Source: a virus
IMG/VR virus record: IMGVR_UViG_3300022725_000034
Location: 2,659 to 66,658 of that record
Reading direction: 5' to 3' (one strand)
Length of the DNA: 64,000 nucleotides
Shown: positions 46,501 through 55,600 of the stretch, one piece after another
Position numbering within the stretch: position 1 is the stretch's first letter
Layout of the letters: the number at the start of each line of letters is the position of its first letter
Position numbers and translations under genes: made by a program
The notes under the pieces: model-generated
What the model was told of the DNA's origin: nothing
Seen by the model: the letters and a program-made list of their open reading frames with translations, nothing else
Databases searched by the model: none

Positions 46501-48285
46501 ATGCTGGAATACATAACCACGGTCTTCACAGACCCTGAAAAGATGACCCCTGACCTTCTCGGGGGTAAGGGTTACCACCTCGCCAAAATGGTCTCCATGG
46601 GATTGCCGGTGCCACATGCCGGCATTCTCACCACTGCGTTTTTTGCTAAGCACTTCCATCCGGAAGACGTGAAGTCGAAGAAGACCCTCATTGATGATGT
46701 GATGATGGACGAGCTTCGGACCATGCTGGATTCGATCATCTGGACTATCGAGAATGACCACACCCTGATCTCTGTCCGCTCCGGCGCCAAGATCTCGATG
46801 CCGGGGATGATGGATACCATCTTGAACGTGGGCATCACTTCAAAGACTCGACCGGGCCTGATCGCCAAATACGGTGAGGAGCTTGTCGATGCCTTGGAGA
46901 TACGCCTGATTCGGATGTATGCCGATGTGGTGTTCGGGGTAGACGTTCTGGATTACCCGACCCCGACTCTGGTCAGGGATGAATACCAGCACAAGGTTGG
47001 CATCCCGTTCTTCGACACGGTTGAGGAGCAGGTGCTGAATGCGGTGGTGGCTGTCTTCGAGTCTTGGTACAACGAACGGGCGGTGAAGTACCGGGAGATC
47101 AACAACATCCCACACGATATCGGGACCGCCGTTGTACTGCAGAAGATGGTGTTCGGCAATAAGGACTCCGCCTCCTGCACTGGCGTCTACTTCACTGGAA
47201 ACCCGAACACCGGAGACACCAAGCACACCGGGGAGTTTCTGGTGGGCGCTCAGGGTGAGGATGTGGTTTCTGGTGAGGTGACCCCAGACAACGTGGAAGA
47301 CCTCGACTTTGACGGCCCCCACAAAGGCATGACCCACGCTTTCAAGCAGTTGGCCGGATACGCCCACTACCTCACCGAGGAGTTCCGGGACATGCAGGAT
47401 ATCGAGTTCACCATTGAATCTGGTGAGCTTTACATCCTCCAGACCCGCAGTGCCAAGCGCACGGATCGGGCGGCCCTGAGGTTCGTAACTGAGAAGATCA
47501 AGAAGGGGTGGTCCTTTCAAGAAGGCGACAAGGCCCTGAGCTACGTCACACCTGAACTGATTGGTCGCATGTTCCGGGAGACGATTCACCCTGACAGCTT
47601 GAAGGATCTGCAGGAGGTCTGCTCTGGTCTGGCGGTTGGTGGGGGCCTTGTCCAAGGCAAGCCGGTATTCGACCGGGAGGACGCCGTGGCCGGGACTATC
47701 TTCATGACCGAGTACACGACCCCTGACGATCTGGATGCCATGTTGGCCTCGGAGGGTGTGGTCACTCGCACCGGAGGTGCTACCAGCCATGCTGCCATCG
47801 TTGCCCGGTCACTGGGTAAGCCTGCGGTGGTTGGCTGTGGCGACTCTGTGGGTAACGTGATTGGGAACGACTGGATAGTGATCGACGGGGATGCTGGCAA
47901 GGTCTACAAGACTCTCGGAGGACAGCCGGTGGTCATGGTGCAGGGTGAGGCCACCCCGGAGTTCCTTGAGTTCGCCAAAATGGTGTGGGGAAAAGACCTC
48001 GACACCAAGACGAACTACGTCAGACCGTTCTCGAACTTGGAGGAGTCGTCCTGCATTGCCCGAATCTTCGGAGTGGAGTCTACCGTCGCTGGCACCAACA
48101 CCCCGAAAGACCCGGTGGAGGAAACGGATATTCCTGAGGAGGTGCTGGCCTTCTTGGAATCCGTGAACATCAAGGAGGAGACGATAAAAGTAATCACCTC
48201 CAAGGGGTTCAAGATTTCAGAATCCTGCTATGATAGAGACCCAGTAGTTGTGGCGTTGAACGAGATTCTGAAGGATAAGGACTGA
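46501..48285 (+). CDS. PPDK-like dikinase lacking the pyruvate-binding domain
   Basis: LLGGKG, SVRSGA.ISMPGMMDTILN, QGEDVVSG, DIEFTIE, LQTR and phospho-His motif TSHAAIVAR; ends about 110 aa after the His domain. Confidence 0.85.
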   Translation: MLEYITTVFTDPEKMTPDLLGGKGYHLAKMVSMGLPVPHAGILTTAFFAKHFHPEDVKSKKTLIDDVMMDELRTMLDSIIWTIENDHTLISVRSGAKISMPGMMDTILNVGITSKTRPGLIAKYGEELVDALEIRLIRMYADVVFGVDVLDYPTPTLVRDEYQHKVGIPFFDTVEEQVLNAVVAVFESWYNERAVKYREINNIPHDIGTAVVLQKMVFGNKDSASCTGVYFTGNPNTGDTKHTGEFLVGAQGEDVVSGEVTPDNVEDLDFDGPHKGMTHAFKQLAGYAHYLTEEFRDMQDIEFTIESGELYILQTRSAKRTDRAALRFVTEKIKKGWSFQEGDKALSYVTPELIGRMFRETIHPDSLKDLQEVCSGLAVGGGLVQGKPVFDREDAVAGTIFMTEYTTPDDLDAMLASEGVVTRTGGATSHAAIVARSLGKPAVVGCGDSVGNVIGNDWIVIDGDAGKVYKTLGGQPVVMVQGEATPEFLEFAKMVWGKDLDTKTNYVRPFSNLEESSCIARIFGVESTVAGTNTPKDPVEETDIPEEVLAFLESVNIKEETIKVITSKGFKISESCYDRDPVVVALNEILKDKD

Positions 48286-48289
48286 AGTT

Positions 48290-48886
48290 ATGGCATTAAT
48301 GATCGGAAGAAAAGAAGGCGAAGACCTGTTTATCGAGGACACCCGAGTTGAGGTTCTTCAGATCACTTCGTCCCGGCTGTTCACCCTCCGGGTCCATGAA
48401 GAATCCGGGCCGGTGGACTATGAGATTGATGATCGGAAGGAGTACCCGATTTACTTCGAGAAGGAGCACTCGAAAGACTTTGGCAAGGTGGATCGACCTG
48501 TGGTGTTCGTGAGTGCCCGACCAAACGGATCGTCTCACTTCGCCATCATCGGATTGAAGGCGCCTCGCCGGGTGGCCATCATGAGGGGTGAGCTTTATCG
48601 CCAGTCCGGAGGAGAGTACCGATTCTCCGATAAGGCCCGAGATCAGATCGAGCAAGGGCTTGTTGGCGTATCACTGGACAGCATTACTGAAATCCTGCCG
48701 AGGACTACGGTCTACTCGCATCCGAGGGCGAACAGAAGGTTTGACGACCTGCTATTCCGGATGAACGGCAAGATCGTGGAGGAGGTGTTCACCCTTTCGA
48801 CCTCTCCCACGCTGGTACGGTCGGAGTGTGTGGCTCCACTGTACGAATCAGACAAGGGTCTTGGTTTTGAAATTAATTGCAATTAA
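48290..48886 (+). CDS. CsrA-like protein (tandem/split fold) with extra C-terminal domain
   Basis: LMIGRKEGEDLFIEDTRVEVL matches the CsrA N-terminus; IGLKAPRRVAIMRGELY matches IGVNAPKEVSVHREEIY. Confidence 0.6.
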   Translation: MALMIGRKEGEDLFIEDTRVEVLQITSSRLFTLRVHEESGPVDYEIDDRKEYPIYFEKEHSKDFGKVDRPVVFVSARPNGSSHFAIIGLKAPRRVAIMRGELYRQSGGEYRFSDKARDQIEQGLVGVSLDSITEILPRTTVYSHPRANRRFDDLLFRMNGKIVEEVFTLSTSPTLVRSECVAPLYESDKGLGFEINCN

Positions 48887-48897
48887 GGAGATTGGGC

Positions 48898-49473
48898 GTG
48901 AAGCAACTACTGAGCAGTATCCGTGAATGGTTCCGAGGAGCTTTTACTTTTGCAGAAGGAGAGCCTGCAGCGGAAGGGACGGAGTCTTTCTTTGATGTGG
49001 CCCCGAGGGATTTGTTTACCGGGCGGGCCGGCAATGGAAAGGTGATCCTGCCGCACCCGTATCAATCGGGACCTTTGGTGCTTCACGGTGGACCCTACCG
49101 GAGTAAGCCCCATGAATTGCTGGGCGTTCGGCTGGAAATGTCGGCGCCGGCAGATGACACTATGGTTGTGGACTTCCCGATTGTTGATTTCGGGGTTCCC
49201 GATTACGAGGATCTGGTGACCGCTGTCCATAAGGCGTATGAGCGGGCGCTTGGGGCCAGAGAGCTTTACATCGGATGTACCGGAGGGTTCGGACGCACCG
49301 GGTTGTTCATGACCTGCCTGATGGCCCGAGTCATGTTTGAAAACGGATTCCCCTTCCCGGATGCCAAGGCCGCCGTCACCTACCTGCGGGCCCTGTATGT
49401 CCCGAACGCAGTTGAGACTGCAGATCAGATGGATATGGTTGAGCGGTATATCAGCGACCTGAACGCCGCATGA
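48898..49473 (+). CDS. Cys-based (PTP/dual-specificity-type) phosphatase
   Basis: IVDFGVP, CTGGFGRT (CX5R), AVETADQ; RBS AAGGAG before GTG 48898. Confidence 0.8.
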   Translation: MKQLLSSIREWFRGAFTFAEGEPAAEGTESFFDVAPRDLFTGRAGNGKVILPHPYQSGPLVLHGGPYRSKPHELLGVRLEMSAPADDTMVVDFPIVDFGVPDYEDLVTAVHKAYERALGARELYIGCTGGFGRTGLFMTCLMARVMFENGFPFPDAKAAVTYLRALYVPNAVETADQMDMVERYISDLNAA

Positions 49474-49476
49474 TTT

Positions 49477-49496
49477 GGGGCCTTCGGGCCCTTTTT
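49477..49496 (+). terminator. Rho-independent terminator
   Basis: GGGCC-ttcg-GGCCC followed by a T run. Confidence 0.75.
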
Positions 49497-49499
49497 CAT

Positions 49500-49527
49500 T
49501 TGACAAAACCTATAATTTAGGTAGAAT
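49500..49527 (+). promoter_or_regulatory. Phage sigma70-like promoter
   Basis: TTGACA-16 bp-TAGAAT, identical over 28 nt to 4222-4249. Confidence 0.8.
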
Positions 49528-49554
49528 GAGAGCATAACCTAAAGGAGAGGTGAA

Positions 49555-50562
49555 ATGTTCTTCAAAGACTACAAGCTGGCTTTCCGAACTCCCCACGATT
49601 TATCCGAAGTTCCGTTCAAGGCGGTTAAGGGGAGTCTCGATCTGCATCACAGCAAGGCCCACCAAGTAGAAGAAGATATCGTCAGCTTCTACAACCTCGT
49701 TGCATTGGTGAATCATCAGATCCGGGGCGACTACCACGTAATGACCAGCCGTGACGCTGACATTCTCCGGAGAGTTGATGAATTGATGGAGCCGATACTT
49801 CGGCGCATGATCAACTACCTGACGGTGGTCTGCATTCGGGAGTGCCGGCACTACAAGAAGTTCCCAGTGAAGGGAGCGTCGGACAACTGGAACGAGGCCG
49901 TTTCCGGGGTAAAGGGTACCAGTGGCTTCGACTGTGTTGAGAAGGTCTACGCCACGCCAGACCTCAATACCATGAGCCTCCGAGAATTGTTGGAAGGGGC
50001 TTCGGCCTGCTTCGGATCCTCGTACTGGGGCGGAGCCTTTGGAGGTAAGGCTTGGAAGACGATCTCGGACCACACTCTGAAGTTCGTAGCCGGAGAGATC
50101 TCGGCGGAAGTCTTCATTGATCAGGCGTTCTCGCTACAGCACAACACGACGACCGTCTTCAACAAGTCCGTGATTTACAAGTATGACACTGTGGACAACA
50201 TCACCACCCTGCTTGATATGCAGGCCCATGGCATCATCGGACTTGCTTTCGAGGCCTATGACAGTGGAAAGTGTGACGCCACAAAAAAGCTGATGGAGGA
50301 GTTCTACCCGGAGTTCCTGAATCCGGACCTGACCGGTGTGGATAAGCCTCTGCTCTCAAAGGTTCCGATGATCGGCGTCAATCTGGGGGCCAAGTCGAAG
50401 ACTGCCAGCCCCACTCATAAAGCCTTGTGGACCTACCAGAAGCTGACCGAGGCTGAGGCCAAAAAGATGCTGACGTTCATGAAGTCCACATTGACCATCA
50501 CCAAAAAGCAACGCTCGGCAGGCAATCACGCTGCCAAGGTTCAAGTTCTCACTAGCCAGTAA
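49555..50562 (+). CDS. Unassigned helical protein with conserved-looking motifs
   Basis: 335 aa; IRECRH, FGGKAWKTI, FIDQAFSLQHN...FNK. Confidence 0.75.
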   Translation: MFFKDYKLAFRTPHDLSEVPFKAVKGSLDLHHSKAHQVEEDIVSFYNLVALVNHQIRGDYHVMTSRDADILRRVDELMEPILRRMINYLTVVCIRECRHYKKFPVKGASDNWNEAVSGVKGTSGFDCVEKVYATPDLNTMSLRELLEGASACFGSSYWGGAFGGKAWKTISDHTLKFVAGEISAEVFIDQAFSLQHNTTTVFNKSVIYKYDTVDNITTLLDMQAHGIIGLAFEAYDSGKCDATKKLMEEFYPEFLNPDLTGVDKPLLSKVPMIGVNLGAKSKTASPTHKALWTYQKLTEAEAKKMLTFMKSTLTITKKQRSAGNHAAKVQVLTSQ

Positions 50563-50572
50563 GGAGATTGCT

Positions 50573-51256
50573 ATGTGCCGATGCACACCTAAGCCGGTGC
50601 CTTTCCAGATAGGGCACCACACGATTTACGGTACCGGATTCGGATTCAGCAAGACTGCCTCCGTGTCTGTGAAAGGGTTTGATCTGGGTGTACTGCTGGA
50701 CTGGAGTGCCGGGTCGGAGTTTCTTCGGGCGGCCAAGCCGTGGAAGTCCCCCAAAGTGTTCAGCTATGAGATCCGGGATATGAGTGTTCCGGACAACATG
50801 GCCGAGTTCCAGAAGCTGCTGGATTATCTGGGGCAGGCCCTCAAAGATGAGAAGAAGGTGATCGTCGGATGCATCGGCGGACATGGACGCACAGGGCTCT
50901 TACTGGCGGCTTTGCACCACCACCTAACCCAGTCCCCAGATGGGATGAAACAAGTCCGCCAACAGTACTGCAAGAAGGCCATTGAGACCCAGAAACAGAT
51001 CGACTGGCTGCATGACAATTTTGGACTCGAGAAGGTGGAGCCCTCCAAGAAGTATGGCCGTGGCAAGGGTAACCAGATCGACTGGTTTGGAGACTCCACG
51101 CCCGGGTTCGGAAGCACTGAGTTTGAGAGGCCCGGATTCTACAAGGGACGCAAGCAGGCCAACTCCGGAGGTAAGAAGCGGGAGAAGCCTATCGAATTTG
51201 AGGAAGGCACTTCGTCACTATTTGACAAAACCCCAATTTCTGGTAGACTGTGGTAA
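50573..51256 (+). CDS. Second Cys-based phosphatase
   Basis: IRDMSVP, CIGGHGRT (CX5R), AIETQKQ. Confidence 0.8.
   Translation: MCRCTPKPVPFQIGHHTIYGTGFGFSKTASVSVKGFDLGVLLDWSAGSEFLRAAKPWKSPKVFSYEIRDMSVPDNMAEFQKLLDYLGQALKDEKKVIVGCIGGHGRTGLLLAALHHHLTQSPDGMKQVRQQYCKKAIETQKQIDWLHDNFGLEKVEPSKKYGRGKGNQIDWFGDSTPGFGSTEFERPGFYKGRKQANSGGKKREKPIEFEEGTSSLFDKTPISGRLW
51222..51249 (+). promoter_or_regulatory. Phage sigma70-like promoter
   Basis: TTGACA-16 bp-TAGACT. Confidence 0.7.
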
Positions 51257-51283
51257 CAGAATTAGGTTTTAAGGAGAAACCTC

Positions 51284-52048
51284 ATGGCATTGAAGATCAA
51301 CCAATCCAAGCCCAAAATGCAGATCAACCTGTACCTGCTGACTTCAGCCGGCGGGGCCAGTCAGGCGGTACTGTCCAACTGTCCGGCCCATGCCGTTTAC
51401 GATGGCACCAACATCACCTTTGACTTTGCCGGCGAGGAGATCATCGTTGGCCCGATCAAGGACATTAACTACTTCCTTGAGAACGTGTCGAAGGGGGAGG
51501 CTGGGTCGATCAAGTTGTGTCAGTCCATCTGTGAACAGCTTGAAACCCACCTGAAGGATAGTGGCTTGGCCAACTCGTTTGAGCAAACCACCCCGCAGGC
51601 CCAAATGCCGGCCTACGAGGGCAACACGACTGTCAATGGCCTGCAGCCACGGCACAAGTCCCCGGCGGAAATCAGTGCTACCGATCACCCGGCGCTGGCC
51701 CTGTACGATTACGTGCCCGGTACCAGCGAGACCAATTATCGGGCGATTGGCCGGACCATGTGCTTCCTGTTTTCGGTGAAACTGAGCAACGAGAAAAGCG
51801 GATCTATCCGGGTGGAGGCCCTGCCGGAGTATGATATTGACTCGACCGGCAAGGAGCGTCTGGATGCCCTCGGGTTCTCAATCAAAAATGGTGTCAACAG
51901 TGCCGGTAAGCACTGTCAGTATGCAACGCTGCATGGCGGGCTCGGACCTGATGACATGGCCAACATGTTCGACCTGATTGGAGCCCTCCTTGCCCGGTTC
52001 AACATGCGCCTGCCAGTCGGGGTGACTCTGGAGGATCTGCAGCCATGA
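51284..52048 (+). CDS. Hypothetical protein
   Basis: 254 aa, RBS AAGGAG, starts MALKI. Confidence 0.7.
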   Translation: MALKINQSKPKMQINLYLLTSAGGASQAVLSNCPAHAVYDGTNITFDFAGEEIIVGPIKDINYFLENVSKGEAGSIKLCQSICEQLETHLKDSGLANSFEQTTPQAQMPAYEGNTTVNGLQPRHKSPAEISATDHPALALYDYVPGTSETNYRAIGRTMCFLFSVKLSNEKSGSIRVEALPEYDIDSTGKERLDALGFSIKNGVNSAGKHCQYATLHGGLGPDDMANMFDLIGALLARFNMRLPVGVTLEDLQP

Positions 52049-52248
52049 AAAACCTGACTCTCGACGCCACCCGATACCAGAAGGTGAGGGATGGTCACTC
52101 TGTCAAGCTGGGTCGATTGATCCCCGGCCTTGGCACTGACTCTATCGAATGGTCCCCGGTGGAGGTGCAACCTGACTGCGTTATCTGTGAGGGACGTTAT
52201 GCCGGGGCGGTTGTGGTTAAGGTTCGGATGCGAGGTGAGCCGAAATGA
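52045..52248 (+). CDS. Hypothetical protein
   Basis: 67 aa, coupled. Confidence 0.5.
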   Translation: MKNLTLDATRYQKVRDGHSVKLGRLIPGLGTDSIEWSPVEVQPDCVICEGRYAGAVVVKVRMRGEPK

Positions 52249-52667
52249 AGCTGACCAATAGACAGGCAGAATTGATCAACGCTCTCCTCGGGGTGAAGGT
52301 GACTCACTCGAAGAACGGACACTCGCAGATCCACCCGAGAAAGCTGGCCGGTGTAGCTGGACGACTCGGACTGAAGCTGGAGAAGGCTTCTATGGTTCGA
52401 TCTTCTACCGGTGGAGTGATTGTCAATTTTCGGATTGGCGAGGACTTGGGGTTGTCGGTGGAGATTGCCAGCGATCAACACGTAAGGCTTTTCCTTGGAA
52501 GTCTGGTCCTACTGTTATCGGCAGGGCCGGATTCCGAGAATTTGAAATCAATTTCAAACCAGTACTACGAGGTCATTGATGGGAAAATTATACATAGTCG
52601 CAAAAGGGAATCAGCAGCACATGGAGCACTCGGTTGGGGTGGCCCTGAGGAGGTTCCAAGCGACTGA
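52245..52667 (+). CDS. Hypothetical protein
   Basis: 140 aa; overlaps the polymerase start. Confidence 0.45.
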   Translation: MKLTNRQAELINALLGVKVTHSKNGHSQIHPRKLAGVAGRLGLKLEKASMVRSSTGGVIVNFRIGEDLGLSVEIASDQHVRLFLGSLVLLLSAGPDSENLKSISNQYYEVIDGKIIHSRKRESAAHGALGWGGPEEVPSD

Positions 52668-55600
52668 CGTTGTACTGTGGAAATTCATCGAAGCCCAACC
52701 CTCATTCCCCCAGCTACAGGCTGGGGATGTTGCTTTGTGCATGGGCAAAGCGGTTTATAAGTTTCTCGCCTCTCACTCCATAGTCCCGAAGAACAAGAGT
52801 CACGCCAGCAACCGCATGAAGATGATTCCGTGCGGAGAAGGCAACCTGATTTTCACCTTTGACCCGTATGAGGGATGGAACGATTACGCCCGCCGAGTCG
52901 ATATCATGACGGACGCGACCTTGGCCCTGAGAGTTCAGCGAACGGGGAGCTTGAAGGTTCAGTACGGGGAGTATCAGTTCGTTGAGCATTATGGCCACAT
53001 TGTTGACCGGATCAAAGACTGCCCCAACGATCAGTTTGTGGATATCTCACTGGATCTTGAAACGGTGGGGCTGGACGAATGGGATCCGGAGAAGTGGATC
53101 GTCAGCATATCCCTGACTGTGGATGAAGGGACTGCCGATCTGGTGTATTTCACCAAGGATTTCCAGCCAGACCGGACCCAACCAGAGGGAATGATACAGC
53201 GGACTCTTTGGGAGCAGCTTCAATTCATCCTGAATCACCCGAGGGTGAAGATCCGTGGCGCAAACCTGAAGTTCGACTGTCGCTGGATCCGGGTGAAGTG
53301 GCAGATGCTGGTAACCCGATTCGTGTTCGACTGTATCCTTGCTGGATCACTGCTTGATGAGAATCGCAGTAATTCCCTGAACATTCTGACCAAGATCTAT
53401 GAGCCTCAGCTTGGCGGTTACGATGATTGCGTGGCTCCCCATGTCCGGGTACTCACCAGTGATCTTCGATGGATTCCAGTCGGAGATGTAGTAGCCGGGG
53501 ATAAGTTGCTGGGCTTTGATGAGCACTCAGGGTCCGGCAAGGGTAAGCGCAGAAGGATGAGAATATCCGAGGCTGTCTCCACCAAGAGGATTACCAAGCC
53601 GGGGGTGAGGATAACCCTCTCGAATGGCGTGGAGATTGAATGTAGCTCCGACCATGGTTTCCTTAGCCCGAGAGGGACCAACGGCGGTAGTACCCTTTGG
53701 AAGAGAGCTTACCAGTTGAAGGTTGGGGATCGTCTCCTCCAAGTGTGTTCAGTGAAAGATCCAGCCCAAGACTGGGATGCTGGGTATATCAGCGGACTCT
53801 ATGATGGGGAGGGGTACGTTTCTTATCAGGGAGGAGGGCTGACCTCGGGCATATCCCAACGTCCGGGCAAAGTTTGGGACAAGTACTGTGAAGTGATGGA
53901 GGCCCATGGGTTCTCTGGCTTCTATGCTGGGCAGAAGAACACGGACGGGGTTATGACCAGTAAGCACTCAGGAGCCCAAACTTTGGAAATCCTGCAGGTG
54001 TTCCGACCCCGGCGACTCCTTGAAAAAGAATGCTTCGATGGGAAGTGCATCCCCTCGGGAACAGAAAAGGTCTGGATAACCGATATTAAGCAGATTGGTG
54101 ATATCGAGGTGGTCAGTCTGGAAACCAGCACCCACACCTTTGTTGCGGAAGGGATTGCCTCGCACAATTCGTTCAACCTGAAGTATGACAAGAGCCGGAT
54201 GGATCTGGTGCCAAAGGAAGACATGTTGGGCTATGCCGGTGGCGATACCGATGCCTGCCAGCGAGTCTCCACCAAAGTCAGGAATGACCTCCTGCAGGAT
54301 AAGCAGCTTTCCCGGTTCTATGTGAAACTGCTTCACCCGGCTTCCCGAGCCTTCGAGGAAATGGAGTGCGGCGGGGTACTGGTTGACAAGGATCGGTATG
54401 AAGATCTCCGGGGTAAGCTGGAGGCCGAGCTTAAACGCTGTCAGGCGGAAGCCAACGAGATACTGCCGGCACGATTGAAGGCCAAGCACAACTGGGACAC
54501 ATCACTCACAAAGGCAAAGGTGATAACGGACTTCCTGTTCTCCCCGCTTGGCCTGAATTTGAAGCCTCTTGAGGTCACAGGTAAGACCGGGGCTCCGAGT
54601 TCAGCGAAATCCCACATCATGAAGTTCATCGACCACCCGGACGTAAAGGAGTTCATGGATGTGTACTCCGATTTTCTGGGGGCAAAGAAAACCCTGTCTA
54701 CCTACGTCGAGGGGTTCCTGAAGCACCTGCGTAGTGATGGCCGGTACCACCCCAGTTACATAATGCACAGGTCCGATGATGGCGGTACGAACTGTCTTCC
54801 AGCCGATCAGTTGGTTCTTACAGAGCAGGGGTACAAGCCTATTGTTGAAGTCAAGGTTGGTGCCAAGGTTCTCAGCCACACAGGGTACTGGTCTGAAGTG
54901 ACCGACTTTATAAACAACGGCAGAAAGCCAGTTTTCCGAGTCATTATGAGTGATGGTAGGAGTATCAGGGCTACCGAGAATCACCCACTTCTAACTGTCA
55001 ACGGTTGGGCCACTGTAGGAGACCTCAACTCAGGAGACACGGTTATTGGGTACAGTGGCGAAGAGATCTGGACCCGAGAGGCTATTGAGTCTGAGAAGGC
55101 CACGTTCGATGCCTGCACAGTTGTATCTGTAGAGTATTGCGGAGTAGAGCCGACCTATGACATCACTGTGGAAGGTAGTCATTCCTTTGTTGCGGAGGGT
55201 TTGGTGGTTCACAACACGGGTCGATTGTCAGCTAAAGATCCTGCAATACAGTGCGTCACAGGGGAGACCATTGTGTGGGCCCCTGATGGACTTCATCGGA
55301 TAGACAGTCTGGTTGATGGTGTGGGGTTCATCGAAAAGAAAATAGACCTGATCACGGAGTCAGGAGTTGAGGAGACATCGTACACCTTCAAGAAGTGGGC
55401 GGATGCTTTAGTTAGGGTGACTCTCAGGAACGGTATCCAGTTCAGATGCACACCAGACCACCCGTTCCGAGTAGCCACGGGGGAGATGGTACAGGCTAAA
55501 GACCTGACCCCGGGCCAACAGGTGAAGAACCAAACCCACCTTCCAGATTTCTCTCGGGAGACCGAACTTCCCACTGCCGGGTATATCGACCGGGACAAGA

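Noticed and set aside
46501-48285. Complete pyruvate phosphate dikinase as an auxiliary metabolic gene
   Set aside because: The pyruvate-binding C-terminal domain is absent
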